From positions 15,492,699-15,556,698 of the forward strand of contig OZ316894.1 in NCBI GenBank assembly GCA_973895155.1: 64,000 nt of DNA. Direction: 5' to 3'. The stretch is from Marsupella aquatica. Lineage: Eukaryota > Plantae > Marchantiophyta. Under the pieces are notes generated by a model. The model did no database searches and was not told the DNA's origin. It was given only the letters and a program-made list of their open reading frames with translations. The position numbers and the translations under genes are program-made. Shown here in pieces: positions 63,107 to 64,000 of the stretch; the stretch's first letter is position 1; every line of letters starts with the position of its first letter.

Positions 63107-63666
63107 ATGGTGTCAGGATGGCATGCATCTACCTTTCTTTGTTGGGTGCCAGCATACAGTGGATCTGTGGACTCTACCTCATTGGATGGAGTGGATGATG
63201 AGTCTTCAGATGTGGATGTTGGTGAAGTAACTTCTGGACAACAAGATATTCACAATGATGTGAGAGTGTTGGAATATCTGCGTAGTGGTTCTATTGTTGG
63301 CAGTGTTGATGCCAAAGAACGTGACAGGGTTCTACAAAGAGCCAAGAGGTTTCGATGGGAGGGAAACCATCTTTTGAGAGTACTGCATGATGGTAGGGTG
63401 TTGGTGGTACCAAAACCATCACAACGAGTACATTTGGTGCGACATGCACACAAGGAGTTGGGGCACTTTGGTGTGAAGCGCACTTATAGTTTACTACAGA
63501 CACAATATTGGTGGCGTGGTATGCACACTCATGTCCAGCAGTTGATAGCTAAGTGTGTGGTATGTGATAGAGTGAGAGCATCATTTAATGCTCCCACTCC
63601 CCAGTTGCACCCGTTGTTGATCATGGGTTTGGGATATCGTTGGAGTTTGGATTTTGCTGGTCCATT
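63107..63666 (+). pseudogene. pol: D2 integrase N-terminus (HHCC zinc finger and first catalytic Asp)
   Basis: AHKELGHFG...YWWRGM...CVVC...WSLDFAGP, then the CACTA junction. Confidence 0.92.
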
Positions 63667-64000
63667 CACTAGTAGAAATACCCCCTATTTTTGACCAAAC
63701 CACTATTGACTAATGTGACAAGGTTATGGAAGTTTAGGGAGTTATCACTACATATGTCTTAAGTATCACTTCTACAAACTATCCACTCATTTGTTGCAAC
63801 TCCTTCATAAGGAAAATGGCAGGTCCACTATCCAAGCCAAATGTCTTAGTGCTAAGTACTTATGTGAGTGAGTGCTAATCACCAATTGCCAAACATTCAA
63901 GCTTTTAATGTGAGAAAGTCTCAAATAGTAGAGGTACCCCATTAGGTGAGCCCCTTACATGTCACTGGCTCCTTTACATGAGCCCCTTGCATGTCATTGG
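63667..64000. mobile_element. Left end of a CACTA (En/Spm) DNA transposon
   Basis: Integrase homology stops exactly at CACTAGTAGAAA. Short subterminal repeats GAGCCCCTTRCATGTCA follow near 63948-63997. The other end is outside the window. Confidence 0.75.

Larger units (their letters stand above)
52126..63666 (+). mobile_element. Ty3/gypsy family D, copy D2: DNA-methyltransferase-encoding LTR retrotransposon, interrupted by F and a CACTA element
   Basis: LTR, long leader, gag with two zinc knuckles, then PR-DNMT-RT-RH-INT in a single reading frame. Confidence 0.93.

Overview
Eukaryotic heterochromatin-like window made almost entirely of nested transposons; no intact host gene is visible. A plant source, probably non-seed, is inferred from the tRNA-iMet and tRNA-Asp primer sites, the CACTA terminus and the pattern of C-to-T decay. 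Contents in order: (A) an LTR family with termini TGTGAC...GTGACA at 1-3093, 25040-27536 (solo, TSD CATAT) and 38434-49235; a putative DNA transposon with a spliced coiled-coil/RING gene (3094-~7175); a decayed Ty1/copia element (~7180-31930, minus strand); (B) a full-length Athila-like Ty3/gypsy element (7927-23978, TSD GGGTC) whose 4-kb LTRs each contain an ~800-codon ORF; (E) a 3.8-kb gene-bearing solo LTR (34152-37998, TSD ATATG); (C) a full-length gypsy element (40844-49180, minus strand, 4-bp TSD ACGT); (F) a 3-kb solo LTR (56675-59693, TSD ACCAG); and the start of a CACTA element (63667). The highlight is family D, present twice (D1 31931-52125, D2 52126-63666). It is a Ty3/gypsy retrotransposon whose pol frame reads protease, DNMT3-like C5 DNA methyltransferase, RT, RNase H, integrase, with a C-terminal PHD finger seen in D1. 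Second, one uncharacterised accessory domain (FxLP...NG[YW]...C...W) recurs in three unrelated elements, in two of them inside the LTR. Third, a conserved, co-varying hairpin module is shared by LTR families A and E. All domain calls are by eye from motifs, and every long ORF is interrupted by stops or frameshifts.
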